Shown: positions 26,028 to 39,138 of the stretch, one piece after another
Layout of the letters: the number at the start of each line of letters is the position of its first letter
Numbering within the stretch: the first letter of the stretch is position 1
Origin: the human T2T-CHM13v2.0 reference genome, Homo sapiens
Length of the DNA stretch: 64,000 nucleotides
Reading direction: 5' to 3' (one strand)
Assembly (NCBI RefSeq): GCF_009914755.1
Contig: NC_060931.1
Made by a program: the position numbers and the translations under genes
The notes under the pieces: model-generated
The model's database searches: none
Seen by the model: only the letters and a program-made list of their open reading frames with translations
What the model was told of the DNA's origin: nothing

Positions 26028-27144
26028 TATCAACTGAAGAGTGAAATTTGGAAAGGAGCGCTTTATTACTCATAAAATATTGCAGCCTTCAGGGTTGCCA
26101 TTCTGACTGGCTGGGAAGCATAGCCTCCAGCCAGAAGTCAGAAACAGATACTTCAAGGGTGGGAAGAATAAGATAGTAATTTATGCTGAATGAGGTAGCC
26201 AAATATAAATGTTCAATAAGCTATGGGAGGAGTCGTAAATGTTCACAAATGGAGAAACATGCACATGTGCAATTGAGCTTCATGCCTCTCCACAGGACCC
26301 ATGTTCAAAAAATGGTGACAACAGCATGAACTCAGGGCACTCTCTGATGTTAAAAAGTGAAGCAGAAGGCATGAACACCCTCACTGCACTGTGCATTCTC
26401 TCTAGACTGTCTAGAACCACTCCGTGATCAGTGGTCTCTTAGGCAAAAAAGGAAGGGCAGCATCAGGCGATTGGTTGATCTCAGTGGCTAAATCCTTTTT
26501 TTTTCCCCCCTTTGGATATAGAGCCTTTTGGTTTGTTTTCTTTTTCCTTTCTTTTCTTTTTATTAATTTCCATAGGTTATTTGGGAACAGGTGGTGTTTT
26601 CTTACATGAGTAAGTTCTTTAGTGGTGATTTTGGTGCACACATCACCTGAGAAGCATACACTGCACACTATTCGTAGTCTTTTATCCCTTACCCCTTCCC
26701 ATCCTTTCCCCCTGAGTTCCCAAAGTCCATTGTGTCATTCTTATGCCTTTGCATCCTCATAGCTTAGCCCCCGCTTATTAGTGAGAACATATGATGTTCA
26801 CAAACACACACACACACACACACACACACAATGGAATACTACTCAGCCATAAAAAGGAATGAATTAATGGCATTTGCAGCAACCTGAATGAGATAAGAGA
26901 TTATTATTCTAAGTGAAGTAACGAAGGAATGAAGTCTTTTTTAAAAGGACTGGTTTCTGTTTAACCTTCAGGGAAGAAAGCCTAATAGCTGTTAGCCACC
27001 TGGGAGGGGATATAATGAGGGGTCTGTAACCTCCTATCTAGTCCTGACAGGCAACTCAGCTTTCATGGTCTCTTTGTAGCCCAGTTGGCCAAGAGATGGT
27101 CTGTTCAGTTGGTTGGGATGCTTAGAATTTTATTTTTATTTATC
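26028..27144 (-). mobile_element. ERV1 MER4-group solo LTR (LOR1/MER34/MER39-like), interrupted by an L1PB
   Basis: TATCAACTGAAGA...CTTAGAATTTTATTTTTATTTATCA with a 4-bp TSD ATAT (26024-26027 and 27145-27148). Exact family uncertain. Confidence 0.75.
26495..26933 (-). mobile_element. L1PB (approx. L1PB1) 3' end with a 5' inversion
   Basis: Antisense L1PB 3' UTR at ~26550-26798, then sense-oriented upstream L1 sequence at 26799-26933 ((CA)n-ATGGAATACTACTCAGCCATAAAAAGG...). Confidence 0.9.
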
Positions 27145-27966
27145 AATATTATGATTGTTGCAATGAATGATAATATATTATCATTAAAAATAATAAAAAG
27201 CCCTTAATTCAGTTACCTTAATTAGGTAATTTAATTAGAAATACCCCTGCTAGTATTTTGAAAGATGGTCTTGAAACACAGAAGAAATTATGTAAAGATT
27301 ATAGAGACTGTTTATATAATTTTTTGATTTAAAAAACTCATTTCAATTAATTGGTTTTAGTACAGGTCTCGTCATTCCTTAAGTACTGCTCTTAATTATT
27401 TCCTTACTTGGATTGGCTAGTGGTTTTTCTCTTCTTATGAATTTTATGAAATAAACCAAGGTCAAGTTTAAGGTAGAAAAAGATGCTTTTAGAGAAGGCA
27501 AAGTAGGGTCTTAAATATGGAATTTGTATGACAACTTATCTTGCCCTTTGCTTCTGTTTCAGGGGTATACTTCTTATAAAATATTTGCTGACAAGGAAGA
27601 AACACAATTTCAGGTTCTTGTAAATAGCCAAGAGTATTTGTAGTCAGTTTTCCCAAACGCATTTGCTTTGTATTGTACAAAGTCGCTATTGTCTATCATT
27701 AACATATCATTAACAATCATATTATGTGAACACTTAATAATTATGTACCTTCATGCTGAGACTCCTTGACTTACCATATGTACAATGAAAATGTTGAATC
27801 AGCTTTTTTAGTACAAGGTCATTGACAGGACATGTGGGAGACACTGACTGATGAGAATGGAATCTTCTCACTCAGCCCAATGCTCCACCAAAGGGAGATT
27901 TTCAGTTTGCTTCTTATTAGCACGATTCACAACTGAGAAGTGTGAATGATCTTATGGTTCACTTCT

Positions 27967-28163
27967 CTGATGTGTTGGAGTTGGCCTGCATGGGTTTGCA
28001 AAAGCTGGCTCTTAAAATTTTAGAAAACTTGCCAGCTGGTTTTTGAATACTTGGTAGCTTGAAATTGGTTATAATGTGAATACTTACACCACAGAAACTG
28101 GAAAATGCCTCTGCCCTTCTATTCCCCAAAGATCTTATTGTTAAACATTTATTAGCACATCTG
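27967..28163. mobile_element. MER63-like hAT DNA transposon fossil
   Basis: GTGTTGGAGTTGGC...GCTTGAAATTGG...TACACCACAGAAACTGGAAAATGC...GTTAAACATTTATTAGCACATCTG. Confidence 0.7.
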
Positions 28164-28182
28164 GTTTACTTCCACAACTTTA

Positions 28183-28650
<468 letters not shown>

Positions 28651-29559
28651 CTAAGTAGATGGAAAAAGAAATAGTTTTTTTCCAATTATGAGTTTACCAC
28701 AATTTGGCTCTTCTAGGTCCAAAGTACTAACGCTTTCTATTTAAAATCATATTTCGGAAGATAAAGTTTTAAAAACATTTTAAAGGCAATGACAAAAAAA
28801 AAGATTTTAGTATTATTACCAAGTGACCTAGATATAAAATTTTATCCATTAATGCAGCATCATGAACTTCCTATAATTTCCTTTCTGGTCTCAGATGAAG
28901 GGATTATGGGTTATTGCCACCTAAGAAAGCATGGGATCAGAGTCTTAAAATAAATCAATATTCATGTGGTCTAAAATGATTCCTCCTGTAATAAAGTCGT
29001 ACCATTTTCAATCAAAAATATAATTCAAATGGGGAATTGGCAAAATTCCAATGCTTGCTGTATGGTTAGTGGTTTTACAACTAATTCCTTGTATCATAGT
29101 GCGTGATCCTTGGATTAATGTCCCTGATGGTTAGTCATTTTGTTAATTCACCTGTCCATCAGGACTCAATTGTGATACCTTATTCTTCCTTCAGATGGTT
29201 TAAATTTTACAAGAGAATACAATTCTCATCTTCTAAAGGTGCATTAGATATCGTCATCTACCAGGGTCTTATTTATTGAAAGACCTTCCAAGAAAATAGG
29301 AAATTTTCTTCCTCTTTCTGCTTTTTCAAAACAGTTCATTTTCATATATCAAAACCGGCTCATTATAACAAGTGAAATGATAGAGATGAACAGAGAAAAA
29401 GCTAATAATTCCCACCTAAGTCCCTCTTAATGATTACCTTTCTGTCATAACAACTTTTTATATACATATATTATTTCATATCATTTTCCAAGTTATAGCC
29501 AAACAAATGGATATAACTCATTATCATTTTGTTGAGGTTTTATTAAGGTAGAAGCACAA

Positions 29560-30720
29560 AATAAACCTCGTTTTATGAGTTTGTTTCTTTTTTTTAACAT
29601 AAAATGTATTATGGATATCACTCCTGGGCAATAGATACTGATCCTACTCATTCTTAATGGCTACACAATGTTCCATAATATAGATGTATCAATGTTTTCA
29701 ACTATTCATTTATTTATAAACCTTCAGATTACTTTTGCATTTTATCTCTTCTACAAGAAATGCTGTGTTAAAGATCCTTGCCTGTGTGTAGGTGTGTGTG
29801 CATGTATACAGTTATTTCAGTAAAAAAAAAATTCCAGAAGAGTTACTACTATAAATTTTTAAGTAGGTATTACCAAATTGTTTTTCAAATAATTGTATCA
29901 GTTGATAGTCTCACAAGTAAACTTTTAGGAACCATTTACTTTCAATGGCCAAAAGAAATTGATACTATTACCAAGTGATTTAAATGTAGAATTTCAACCA
30001 TTAATACGGAATTATTAAAAGGATATGAGAATGAATTTCTCCACATGTTATCAAGTGCTGGATTTTATTGTTCCTGTTCATTTTTACTGGATTCAAAAGC
30101 CCAAAGTTTGCTATTTTACCATTCAAGCTTCTGAGTCCAGCAAATACCAATTTTAATATATGCCAATCTGATAAGAAAAACATGATCTTCATGTCCACTA
30201 GTGAGATTTAACATCTTTTCATATACTAAGAGTCTATTTTGAATTTTATTTTGTCAATTATGTTTCAGTTAATTCCCTTTAATCTTTTAATTTTTGAGTT
30301 TTATTTCATCTTATAAATTTATGAGTTTCCTTTGTTTATCAAATATATTAACAATTTGCAGTATAGTGTCATGGTTACAAGCACAGACTGGTGTCAGACT
30401 ACCTGCCTTCAAATCCTGTCTTCCACATCTCTTACCAGTGTGTCTTTAGGGAAGTGTCTTGTCTTCCCTGTTGTCCAGTTTCTTCATTTATAAAATGGAA
30501 AGAATACCAAGACCTCCCTCACTGGGCTGTTTTGAGGAAGAAGTGTTAGCTATTAATATATACACATTTTCCCCTTGTGATTTTGTTTGTCTTTGAACTT
30601 TGGGATATCTTTCATTTTACCAACTTAAAGGTTTTTTTGTTGTTAAATATGTCTAATTTGTTTTATGGATTATGCATTTTCTTTCATTTAAAGATCTCTC
30701 CCACTCCTAACTCTTTTATT
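29560..30720 (-). mobile_element. Ancient L1 (L1ME-like) fragments
   Basis: CTCATTCTTAATGGCTACACAATGTTCCAT...; ACTAGTGAGATTTAACATCTTTTCATATA resemble antisense L1ME 3' sequence. Patchy. Confidence 0.6.
30359..30556 (+). mobile_element. MIR SINE
   Basis: CAGTATAGTGTCATGGTTACAAGCACAGAC...CAGTTTCTTCATTTATAAAATGG...GGGCTGTTTTGAGGA. Confidence 0.85.
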
Positions 30721-30736
30721 GTTCAGGTATTAACTT

Positions 30737-30916
30737 TATTTTTTATTTTTTATTTTTTTGAGACAAGGTCTCAGTCCGTCACCAAGGCTGGAATGCAGTG
30801 GTGTGATTATGACTCACTGCAGCCTCCAGCTCCTGGGCTCAAGTGATCCTGCCACATCAGCCTCCTGAGTAGCTGGGACTACAGGTGTGTGCCACCATTC
30901 CCAGCTAATATTTTTT
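30737..30916 (-). mobile_element. AluJ right monomer or FRAM
   Basis: GAGACAAGGTCTC...CCTGGGCTCAAGTGATCCT...CCCAGCTAAT, single monomer. Confidence 0.9.
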
Positions 30917-32249
30917 AATTGTTTACCATCAGTTTTATAATTTTTCTGTGTATTTCCTAAGTTTCTAAATAACTAGTAAATTACAGGATAACCAAAGCTA
31001 TGCTCAGTGATTGCTGGTGCTAGATTGCATATATGAAATAGCTGTAAAACAAGAAGTAATTAAAATAGTAAATAATTTTCATTATTATAGATTTTGAAAC
31101 TAAGGCAAAATTGCTACATTGAACATTACAATTTAAAAGTACACATCAAAGAAGCATTTATTATTTTATTTATTTGGGGTCATTTTCACCAAACTAGCAA
31201 CTTCATGGGTACAAAAACATTGAATGGCATATAGTTTCTGATTTTGTGTCCCTGGTTAATGACAGGAAGCACAGAACTCAAACCTCGTACACAAGGAACC
31301 CATCTTACTATGGCTTTCCTATCCAAGCATTGCCTCAACAAAACGTACTCACATTTAGCCCAATTCATTCTTTTTCAGGCATGTGGAATAATGATATTCA
31401 GATTTTCTAAGAAAACTGATATTTCCCACACTCACTTCTTTGCACTGCAGTTTAAGAGTGTATGAACACTACTTACCCTTTGGTCATCCATGTTTGAAAG
31501 ACATATTTGGGCTTTCACATTTTTCTGTTACCTAGTTAGTGTAAAACTTGTCTATATTCCTCCAGCTTAATTAAGATCAACTGTGCTTAACAAAGTCATT
31601 GATTTCTTCTTTAACATTAAATCGTATTCCAAAAGAATCGCCAACTTCTCTTGATACATACAATTTAATTCAGGTATAATTATAACAGTTTTATGGTATA
31701 TTGTTTTTATAAAATTAAATAGAATGTTTCTTACAGAATTTTGTAAAAGACGTTCTGGTTGTGATTTCTATAGTAAAGCTGTCAGAAAGCTGGTCTGTCG
31801 AATGAATAAGTGACATTACTGTAGTCAAAACTACACTTTTATTGCTTTTACCTCCTTGTTGTATTTATAGTACCTAGTCATAATTTCTAATTTGACAGAC
31901 ACTTGAGTCTTGTTGCTGTACTCAGTGGTGTTTCTTGTCACTCTCTCTTTACCTCAGGTGCTTTCATTTCTGCATTTGACTCCAGTATCTAGAAAATCAT
32001 ACATAATGGCAATTTACACTGAATAATAAAGTAGACTTGTGTGAATTTTTTCTTGAGCTATTCATTTTGAACTTCAAGTCAATATTAATAATATCAACAT
32101 TAAAAGTAAACTAATTTGCAACTGAACTTTGCAGCAGGGATCAAGGAAGAGTTTTGCATAAATGTTACTATATTATTTTTCAGTATCATAAATTTTTGAT
32201 TGTTTTTGGCTATAGTCATAGTTTTTCCTGTTTCAGATGATCACTTTTG

Positions 32250-32345
32250 ATTTCCTTCCTCTTCTCTTTTCTTCCTTCCTTCATTTTTTCCTTCAATTGC
32301 TTTTCTTCTTTGCATTTCTTGCTCTCTCTTTCTCTCTCTCTCTCT
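32250..32345. repeat. CT-rich low-complexity tract
   Basis: Polypyrimidine tract ending in (CT)n. Confidence 0.8.
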
Positions 32346-32869
32346 GGTTTAATATAATTGATTGTATACTCTTATGCACTCAGAAAAAAGTCTTAAAACC
32401 TCTTATCTGAACTGATACTTTGTATTGAAGAGAGTAATATGAAAATTGAAGGCAGAAATTGAAGATCTTACCTAACTGGATGTTGAATGTTGGTCCTCCC
32501 TTGTCTTAGATGGGGAGAATATAGGTAACAGGTTTTGTCTATGTTGAAGTGTTATTTGTCACTCACTATTCAATTACAGTACTCATATATGGCTTTAACC
32601 TCTTTTAACCTGCACAATTACATTTTCACAACTATAGCTATGGTGCCACTTAAAATGTGGTTATTTGTCTTAAAATTGTTCACCAAATTTCATGTGGAAT
32701 TCTAAGCCTGATCTCCTTGGAGATTTGAGTCATTTGATAGGTAGAAGTTCATAAGTAGTTAGCCTGGTTCTCTCCTGCTGTGTTCTTCTCTTCTCTGGCA
32801 TTTGCCCTGTATTTTAGGAAATTAATTGCTGTCTTATATGTGCCTATTATACAAGAATAAAATAATTCT

Positions 32870-32965
32870 CATATATTCATATATACTTATATATAATATA
32901 AATATATATTATTACTAATATATATTTATATATTATTTGAAACCTTATATATTCTTACTATATAT
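32870..32965. repeat. (TA)-rich low-complexity tract
   Basis: Degenerate TA repeat. Confidence 0.8.
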
Positions 32966-33469
32966 GAATAAAACACTTTCTGGAGAGAAAAAAAACAGAC
33001 ATCAGAGTCGTGCCTGGGATAGCCTATTTGATAAATATTTGTTGCATTATTTCCTACATGAATGATGGCACAATACATTTTCTTTTAAAGATTAGCATTT
33101 CAGAGAGATGCTCAGACCATACCACTTCTAAGGAAATGATTGTGGCTTAGAAAGGAAGGAAAGAGGAACAAGAAGTAGTAAAGGATGGTTAAGCACTGAG
33201 TAAGCTTTTTTTTCATTTTTGTTATCTGGCATAAAGCATTAGGAAATAACAACTCTATTTTTCCAGATGTCCCAGTCTTTCAACTGACATATTTACAGCT
33301 AGAGCACTCTTATTCATTTATTTATTTATTTTTGGAGTGGAGGAAGAGGAGGTAGTCAGGTGGTTTACAAAAGGTGGATTTCTAAGTCTCTGTCAACATA
33401 GACCAACCCTGCTGGACCTCATACTTTTTCCCCTTCCTCCCTGTCATCCTCATTTTTTTCCTTTCTTTA

Positions 33470-34020
33470 AAACTACATTTTGAATGTCTACTTGAATACC
33501 TGTTCAAGGCATTGATACTTATCAGTAAATACAATGGCCAAGAACTTTGCTACCATGTAGTCATTACCTCCTACAACAGGAAGAAAACTAAAATAAAGCA
33601 AACACTCAAATACCAAAATTTAAGATAGTAATAATTACTATTATAAACAGAGTAATGAGTTAAAGAGTGATGGGGTGAAAGTGATGTTAAGTGTTGACTT
33701 AGATTGACTGGCTATGGAAGACCTTCTTGAAAAAGTTAATTTTGAGGGATGACTTGACCAAGAAAGTTCGGTTATGGGGAAATCTGTGGCAGAGGGAAGA
33801 ATCCTTCTGAGGAAAGGCTGAGTACAAAGAGGAGGCTTATGTGACTGGAACTTGGAAAGTGAAGACAAGAATGGTGGAAAGTGAAGACAAGAATGGTAGA
33901 AAGTGAAGGTCCAGGTTTTCTAAACCTTGAAGACTCCTGTAAGTTCAATGAGAAGCCAAAGGGCTGTTATAATAGCAAAACGCTAAGATCTGATTTGTAG
34001 TTTGGATGCTATATGGAAAA
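33470..34020 (-). mobile_element. L2 fragment
   Basis: ATTTTGAATGTCTACTTG...GGAAGACCTTCTTGAAAAAGTTAATTTTGAG...CAATGAGAAGCCA, typical antisense L2 motifs. Confidence 0.65.
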
Positions 34021-34116
34021 GGGGTTAGGTATAGGTTAAAAGAATGAGCACCAGGATTGGGGTGATTAGGTCCATCAGTAATATTTGTGGGCCTAGCGCA
34101 AGAGGAAAAATGGAGG

Positions 34117-34231
34117 GAAATAAATGGGATGGAAGGTTAATCACATGTCACAACAAGGTTGGATCTTACCAGTTTTGTCTAATTCCTGATATCAACTTCA
34201 CCTCTAAGCAGTTAGAAGTGGGGGAAAGACT
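34117..34231 (+). repeat. Dispersed direct repeat, copy 1 (~115 bp)
   Basis: Aligns with 35266-35380 and includes a 32-nt identical core TGTCACAACAAGGTTGGATCTTACCAGTTTTG. Confidence 0.95.
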
Positions 34232-34330
34232 GCCCACCCGCTTCCTTTGTCCAGTGAAAAGTCTCACACATGCGAGTGAACACTGTAGCTATTTAGGCAG
34301 GAAATTCCATGGTCCTTTGCATTTGGAAAG

Positions 34331-34775
34331 TATGGCAGCCAGGGAAACCTTCCCCTTATTGCTCTGGAGGTTTGCTGGAAAAAATCAATCAGAAAAAGGT
34401 GAGGGGTAGAGCTGCACAGGAACAAGTGTATAATTATGCAGATTCATTTCCTCAAGTAATTTCTTGGCGCTGCTCTTAGAAGAATAGATGAAAGCTCTGT
34501 CTGGATGTGGTGATAACTCCAAGTCTCTTCTCAGGTGGTTGATTTTTCCTGGTTATTTGATGAGATCACTTAGGGTGAGGATTTAAGACAATTGTATTTC
34601 TTTTGGAAAGAAGCTTTCTTGGTCAGATGAGGAAATTCCAAAGAGACTCTCTCCCTGTAATTGGAAGTGGAGATGCAAGACAAGGTTAGAGGAGCATTGA
34701 TTCTGAGTCATCTTCAAAAGCCTCTCAGTATATCAGAGTGCCAGTCTTTGGGATATTGCTTTTTGAGTCCCAACA
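34331..34775 (-). mobile_element. ERV1 solo LTR (MER67-like)
   Basis: TATGGCAGCCAGGGAAACCTTCCCC...GGTTTGCTGGAAAAAATCAA...TTTTGAGTCCCAACA with a perfect 4-bp TSD AAAG on both sides. Strand and family are tentative. Confidence 0.7.
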
Positions 34776-35265
34776 AAAGGGATTGATAAGTGGGTTTGTG
34801 AACTTTCAAGGATGTAAACACTTGATCTCAAGGATTCCTTGTCCTGTAGCATAGGATAAATGTAGAGGTGGGCAAAATTGGGCCCAGTAAAGCCTGAAGC
34901 CCAGGGGCACATACCCTGGTTGCTGAGCTCTAAGGGAAGTGTCATTACTGATAACATTAAACATAGAGAAAAGTAGAGAGGTGCTATGTATGTTTAGAAG
35001 TAAAATCAACCAAGTTGAGAACGGGGTTTGAGGAAAATAGACAGTATGTGTCTTCTTAGAGCTTATGATGTAGCAAGGAAAGGAGACGTAAGGTCAGGGG
35101 AAGACCTGTTAAAATTGAATACAGCAAAGAAAATCCCTCCTGCCTCCAGTCCTAGATGCCTTTTTCTTGCAGTTTTTTTGATATGACACTGAAATAGGAC
35201 TAAACTTCTGTAGGAAAAGCATAATACCAACCAAATCTCAAATAGTCAACATAATACTTTTCCAG

Positions 35266-35380
35266 AAAATAAATGGGATCGAAGGTTAATAACCTGTCAC
35301 AACAAGGTTGGATCTTACCAGTTTTGCCTAATTCCTGAAATCACCACATACCTCTAAGCAGATAGGAGTGGGGGAAACAC
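35266..35380 (+). repeat. Dispersed direct repeat, copy 2 (~115 bp)
   Basis: Aligns with 34117-34231. Confidence 0.95.
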
Positions 35381-35991
35381 TATAACAAGAATAGGTTCAT
35401 TGCCTGATGCACACAGCAAGTCAATACACTAAGACTCTGGGTTGCAACAGAGGAAGAGGTTTAGTCATCGTGTCACTGAATGAAGAGATGGGAAGAAACC
35501 TCAAATCTATCTTCCAGGGGAATTTGGGGTTAGGGTTTTAAAGGTTTTGGAGTGGGCTAAAGTGTGAAGATCGTTGATTGGTCAAAGAGTGCAGGGAGAA
35601 GTCATGGGACAGGGAGAGGAAGAAGCTGTATTTTCATGCTGGTCCCATTTCTCTGAGGGGGTCCTCCAACTTGTTGCTGGAATTTGGAGTCCAAAAAACA
35701 TCTTAAGCGATAGATTCTTAAACAAAAGCTTTATGATTGTAAAGTCAGAGATCCTGTCTATAGGAACAATGGGGATGAAAGTCAATTCTTAAACAGTCTT
35801 ATGACCCCAGTGTCAGGAATCCTGTCTGTAGGAACAGTGGGGATACAAATGGTCAGTAACCAACGCTAACATGACTTTCAGCGCCAAGAAAATAGGTCAA
35901 AATGCAGCCAGATTGATGCTTAACTATAACTATATTTCTGTCCAGAAAGTGGCATGCAATTCTTATCAACCCTGGGGAGGGGGCAGTTTCA
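35381..35991 (-). mobile_element. ERV1 solo LTR (LTR8/LTR26/LOR1-like)
   Basis: TATAAC...GGGGCAGTTTCA (antisense of a TGAAACTGCCCC start). TSD ACAC/AGAC. Confidence 0.75.
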
Positions 35992-37290
35992 AGACTAAAG
36001 AGATAGGGAGGCCAAAAACAGTTTGCTCAGACCATCCAATGACTGGAGCTCAGAGTGAGGGCTACAGTTCCTTGAAGGACTAGGAAAGCAAGGAAAAACC
36101 CTCTTCATTTATTTAAAAAACTCATTAATTAATTAATTAAAACTATACCATTCGAAGTCACTGCTGGGCACAGAGAAGTGTTAGTGGAATTTACATTGTT
36201 TCTGACTTTATCGATGTCCAGTGTAATAAAGGCATTCAGTGGGGGTGTGAGGGATGAAGAGAGGTGAGGCTGAGTAGAGGCAGAAAGGAGCCCAGTGGCA
36301 AATGGCCAATGAAGGAAGCAGGCCACTGTGGAGTGGGGTTAGAGTAGAAGCAAGTGATGTGATGTGTTTTATTATTCTGTACTATTAAATTTTTGGTCTA
36401 AATCTCCTTGATTTCCTCCCCAGATCAAGAAGTTGATTTCCTGTCTTTGAGGAGCTTGGTCAAGGGATCCTAATTTCAAACATTATGAAATGCAGGGGTG
36501 GACAAAGAAGTACATCATTATTACAAAAACTAATCTAGAAAATGACACAGATTAAGTGTGCAAGTAAAGAGAACAACTGAGGCATTTATCAATATTCTAT
36601 CCCAGAAAAAGAGAAACGTTCCAGAGTCTCTTGGGGGAGGTCAATTCTCAGGCCAGTGGTTTAATAATACAAAACAACATTAACATAGCAGCCCATTTCA
36701 TTAACTTTGATTACACTCCTCTGGATGCTTACTTGCCCTTAGTGACTGTTAGTAAGATGTTTTCCCTATATTTATTAGGAAAGCAACCTTTATGTTAAAG
36801 ATCTGCAAATAAAATAATGTGTTGAAATATGGGGATATTTTGAAACTGCTTAGGTATGGTGAAAGTTAATGATTTCAGTTACATCTTTATAATTACTGTC
36901 ATCAGGTTTCTACCTTTATGGCTTCTTAATTGTTTAAAGATCATAAAACAGAAAATTTAGCACAAGCTTGAGAAAGATATTTTATGGTATAACATAATTT
37001 TATATTGATATCACTATAAAAAGATTAACAATGGATTTTACTTTCTACACCTTTGATTATTATTTTAACTATAATATACTATGTAGTCTGTAGCATAACA
37101 TTCCTACTAAACAAAGACTCTGTTTTTATTTAGAAACAAGCATTTTTTAAGGTTTTAACTTTTACCAGGCTTACCCTGTTGATGCAAAATAAGGAATGGG
37201 GGGTCTGGTAGTACATGAAGGGAAAAAGACAGGGTGACACTTCCCACTGGGGAAAGTCAAATTTACCCCTCAGAAATGTGGCAGTGAAGG

Positions 37291-37595
<305 letters not shown>

Positions 37596-37836
37596 GGAAT
37601 GGTTCCTTTCAGGCTAAATAATTCTCTTTTGGTCAAATTCATTTGCTTCATTCTAGTGTATTGAGACTGTACTCATGAAACCAGATGGCTATCATAATCC
37701 CAAAAAACAAAATCCTAAATATAAATATCGAAATCCTGAAACCCAAATTCTGGGGAAGGTATTATTGCATTTTCAGTTGTATGCAGGATGGTTGCTTCAT
37801 GTTAGTTTCATCACATTAAGTGAAATTATTACTTTG

Positions 37837-38249
37837 TGCATTAGTCTGTTCTTTCATTGCAATAAAGAAATACCTGAGGCTGGGTAATATATAAAGAAAA
37901 GAGATTTAATTGGCTCACATTCTGCAGGCTGTACAGGAAGTGTGGCGTGGGCCTCTACTTCTGGTGAAGGCCTCAGGAAGCTTACAATAATGGTGGGAGG
38001 CAAAAGGATAGTAGGCGTGTCACATGGCAAGAGTAGAAGCCAGAGAGAGAAAAGGAGGAGATCTTAGACTCTTAAACAACCAGATCCCAAGTGAACTGAG
38101 CAAGAACTCACTCATCACCAAGGGGACTGCACTAAGCCATTCATGAGGGATTCACCATGATCCAGTACCTCCCACCAGGCCCCATCTCCAGGACCAAAGA
38201 TCACATTTCAACATGAGATTTAGAAGGGGCACACATCCAGACCATATCA
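37837..38249 (-). mobile_element. MST (MSTA-like) MaLR solo LTR inserted in the Ricksha-like element
   Basis: TGCATTAGTCTGTTC...CATCCAGACCATATCA with a perfect 5-bp TSD CTTTG. Confidence 0.92.
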
Positions 38250-38332
38250 CTTTGTTATTGTTTTTATTTGGAAATAAAATATAGTTTAAAGACATATGTA
38301 TGCATACCAAGTTGACAAGGGCTATTCTGACT

Positions 38333-38886
38333 TGTGGGACTTAATTTTGGATGTCAACTTGAGTGGATTAAGGAATACCTAAAAACCTGGTAAAGCATTA
38401 TTTTGGGTGTGTCTGTGAGGGTGTTTCTAGAGGATATTAGTGTGTGAGGTTGAGCAGACTAGATGGGACATGCTGTCAGTGTTGGAGAGCACCATCTAAT
38501 TGGCTGGGGCCTGGAGAGAATGAATACAGAAGGTGAATTGTCTTTCTTTGAGACATTCTTCTGCTGCCTTGGAAATTAGAGCTCTGGACTGACTCACTAG
38601 GCTTTGGACTCCAGGACTTACACCAGTGGTAACCTGGGTCCTCAGGCTTTCAGAGCCCTCTGACTGAGAGTTACACCATTGGCTTCCCTGGTTCTGAGGC
38701 CTTGGGACTTGGACTGAGCCATACTATCGGCATCCCAGGGTCTCCAGCTTGCAGATAGCCTGTCATGGGACTTCTCAGCCACCATAATTGCATAAGTCAA
38801 TTCTGCTAATAAGTCCACTATATCTATATACATGTCATATTGGTTCTGTCTCTCTGAAGAGCCCTAATTCAGATTTGGTACTGGGA
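38333..38886 (+). mobile_element. MLT2B-like ERVL LTR plus the first bases of internal sequence
   Basis: TGTCAACTTGAGTGGATTAAGGAATACCTA...TTGGTTCTGTCTCTCTGAAGAGCCCTAATTCA followed by GATTTGGTAC. Confidence 0.85.
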
Positions 38887-38928
38887 AAGCTGAATATCAT
38901 TTCTTCTTACTGTATTCCTTACAACATA

Positions 38929-39138
38929 ATGGAAGAGAGCTGTGAAATTGTTCTCTTGCAAAAAGGCTGTGATAAGTGAAGGAGTCTACTTAATGGTAAA
39001 GATAAAAGCTTAAAAGTGAATTATTATTGGTGCTATGAAAGCAGAAAATCACTTAATTGAAATGGCAGAGCAATAACCAGACTGTCAAGTGGACAGCATC
39101 TACTTACAAAATTTGTCGATCACAACCACTCTGCTAAT
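38929..39138 (+). pseudogene. Decayed MULE transposase N-terminus (FLYWCH-like zinc finger)
   Basis: MEESCEIVLLQKGCDK*, then after frameshift(s) 39001-39138 reads DKSLKVNYYWCYESRKSLN*NGRAITRLSSGQHLLTKFVDHNHSAN (YW-x-C...C...HNH pattern with both Cys codons mutated). Confidence 0.7.
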
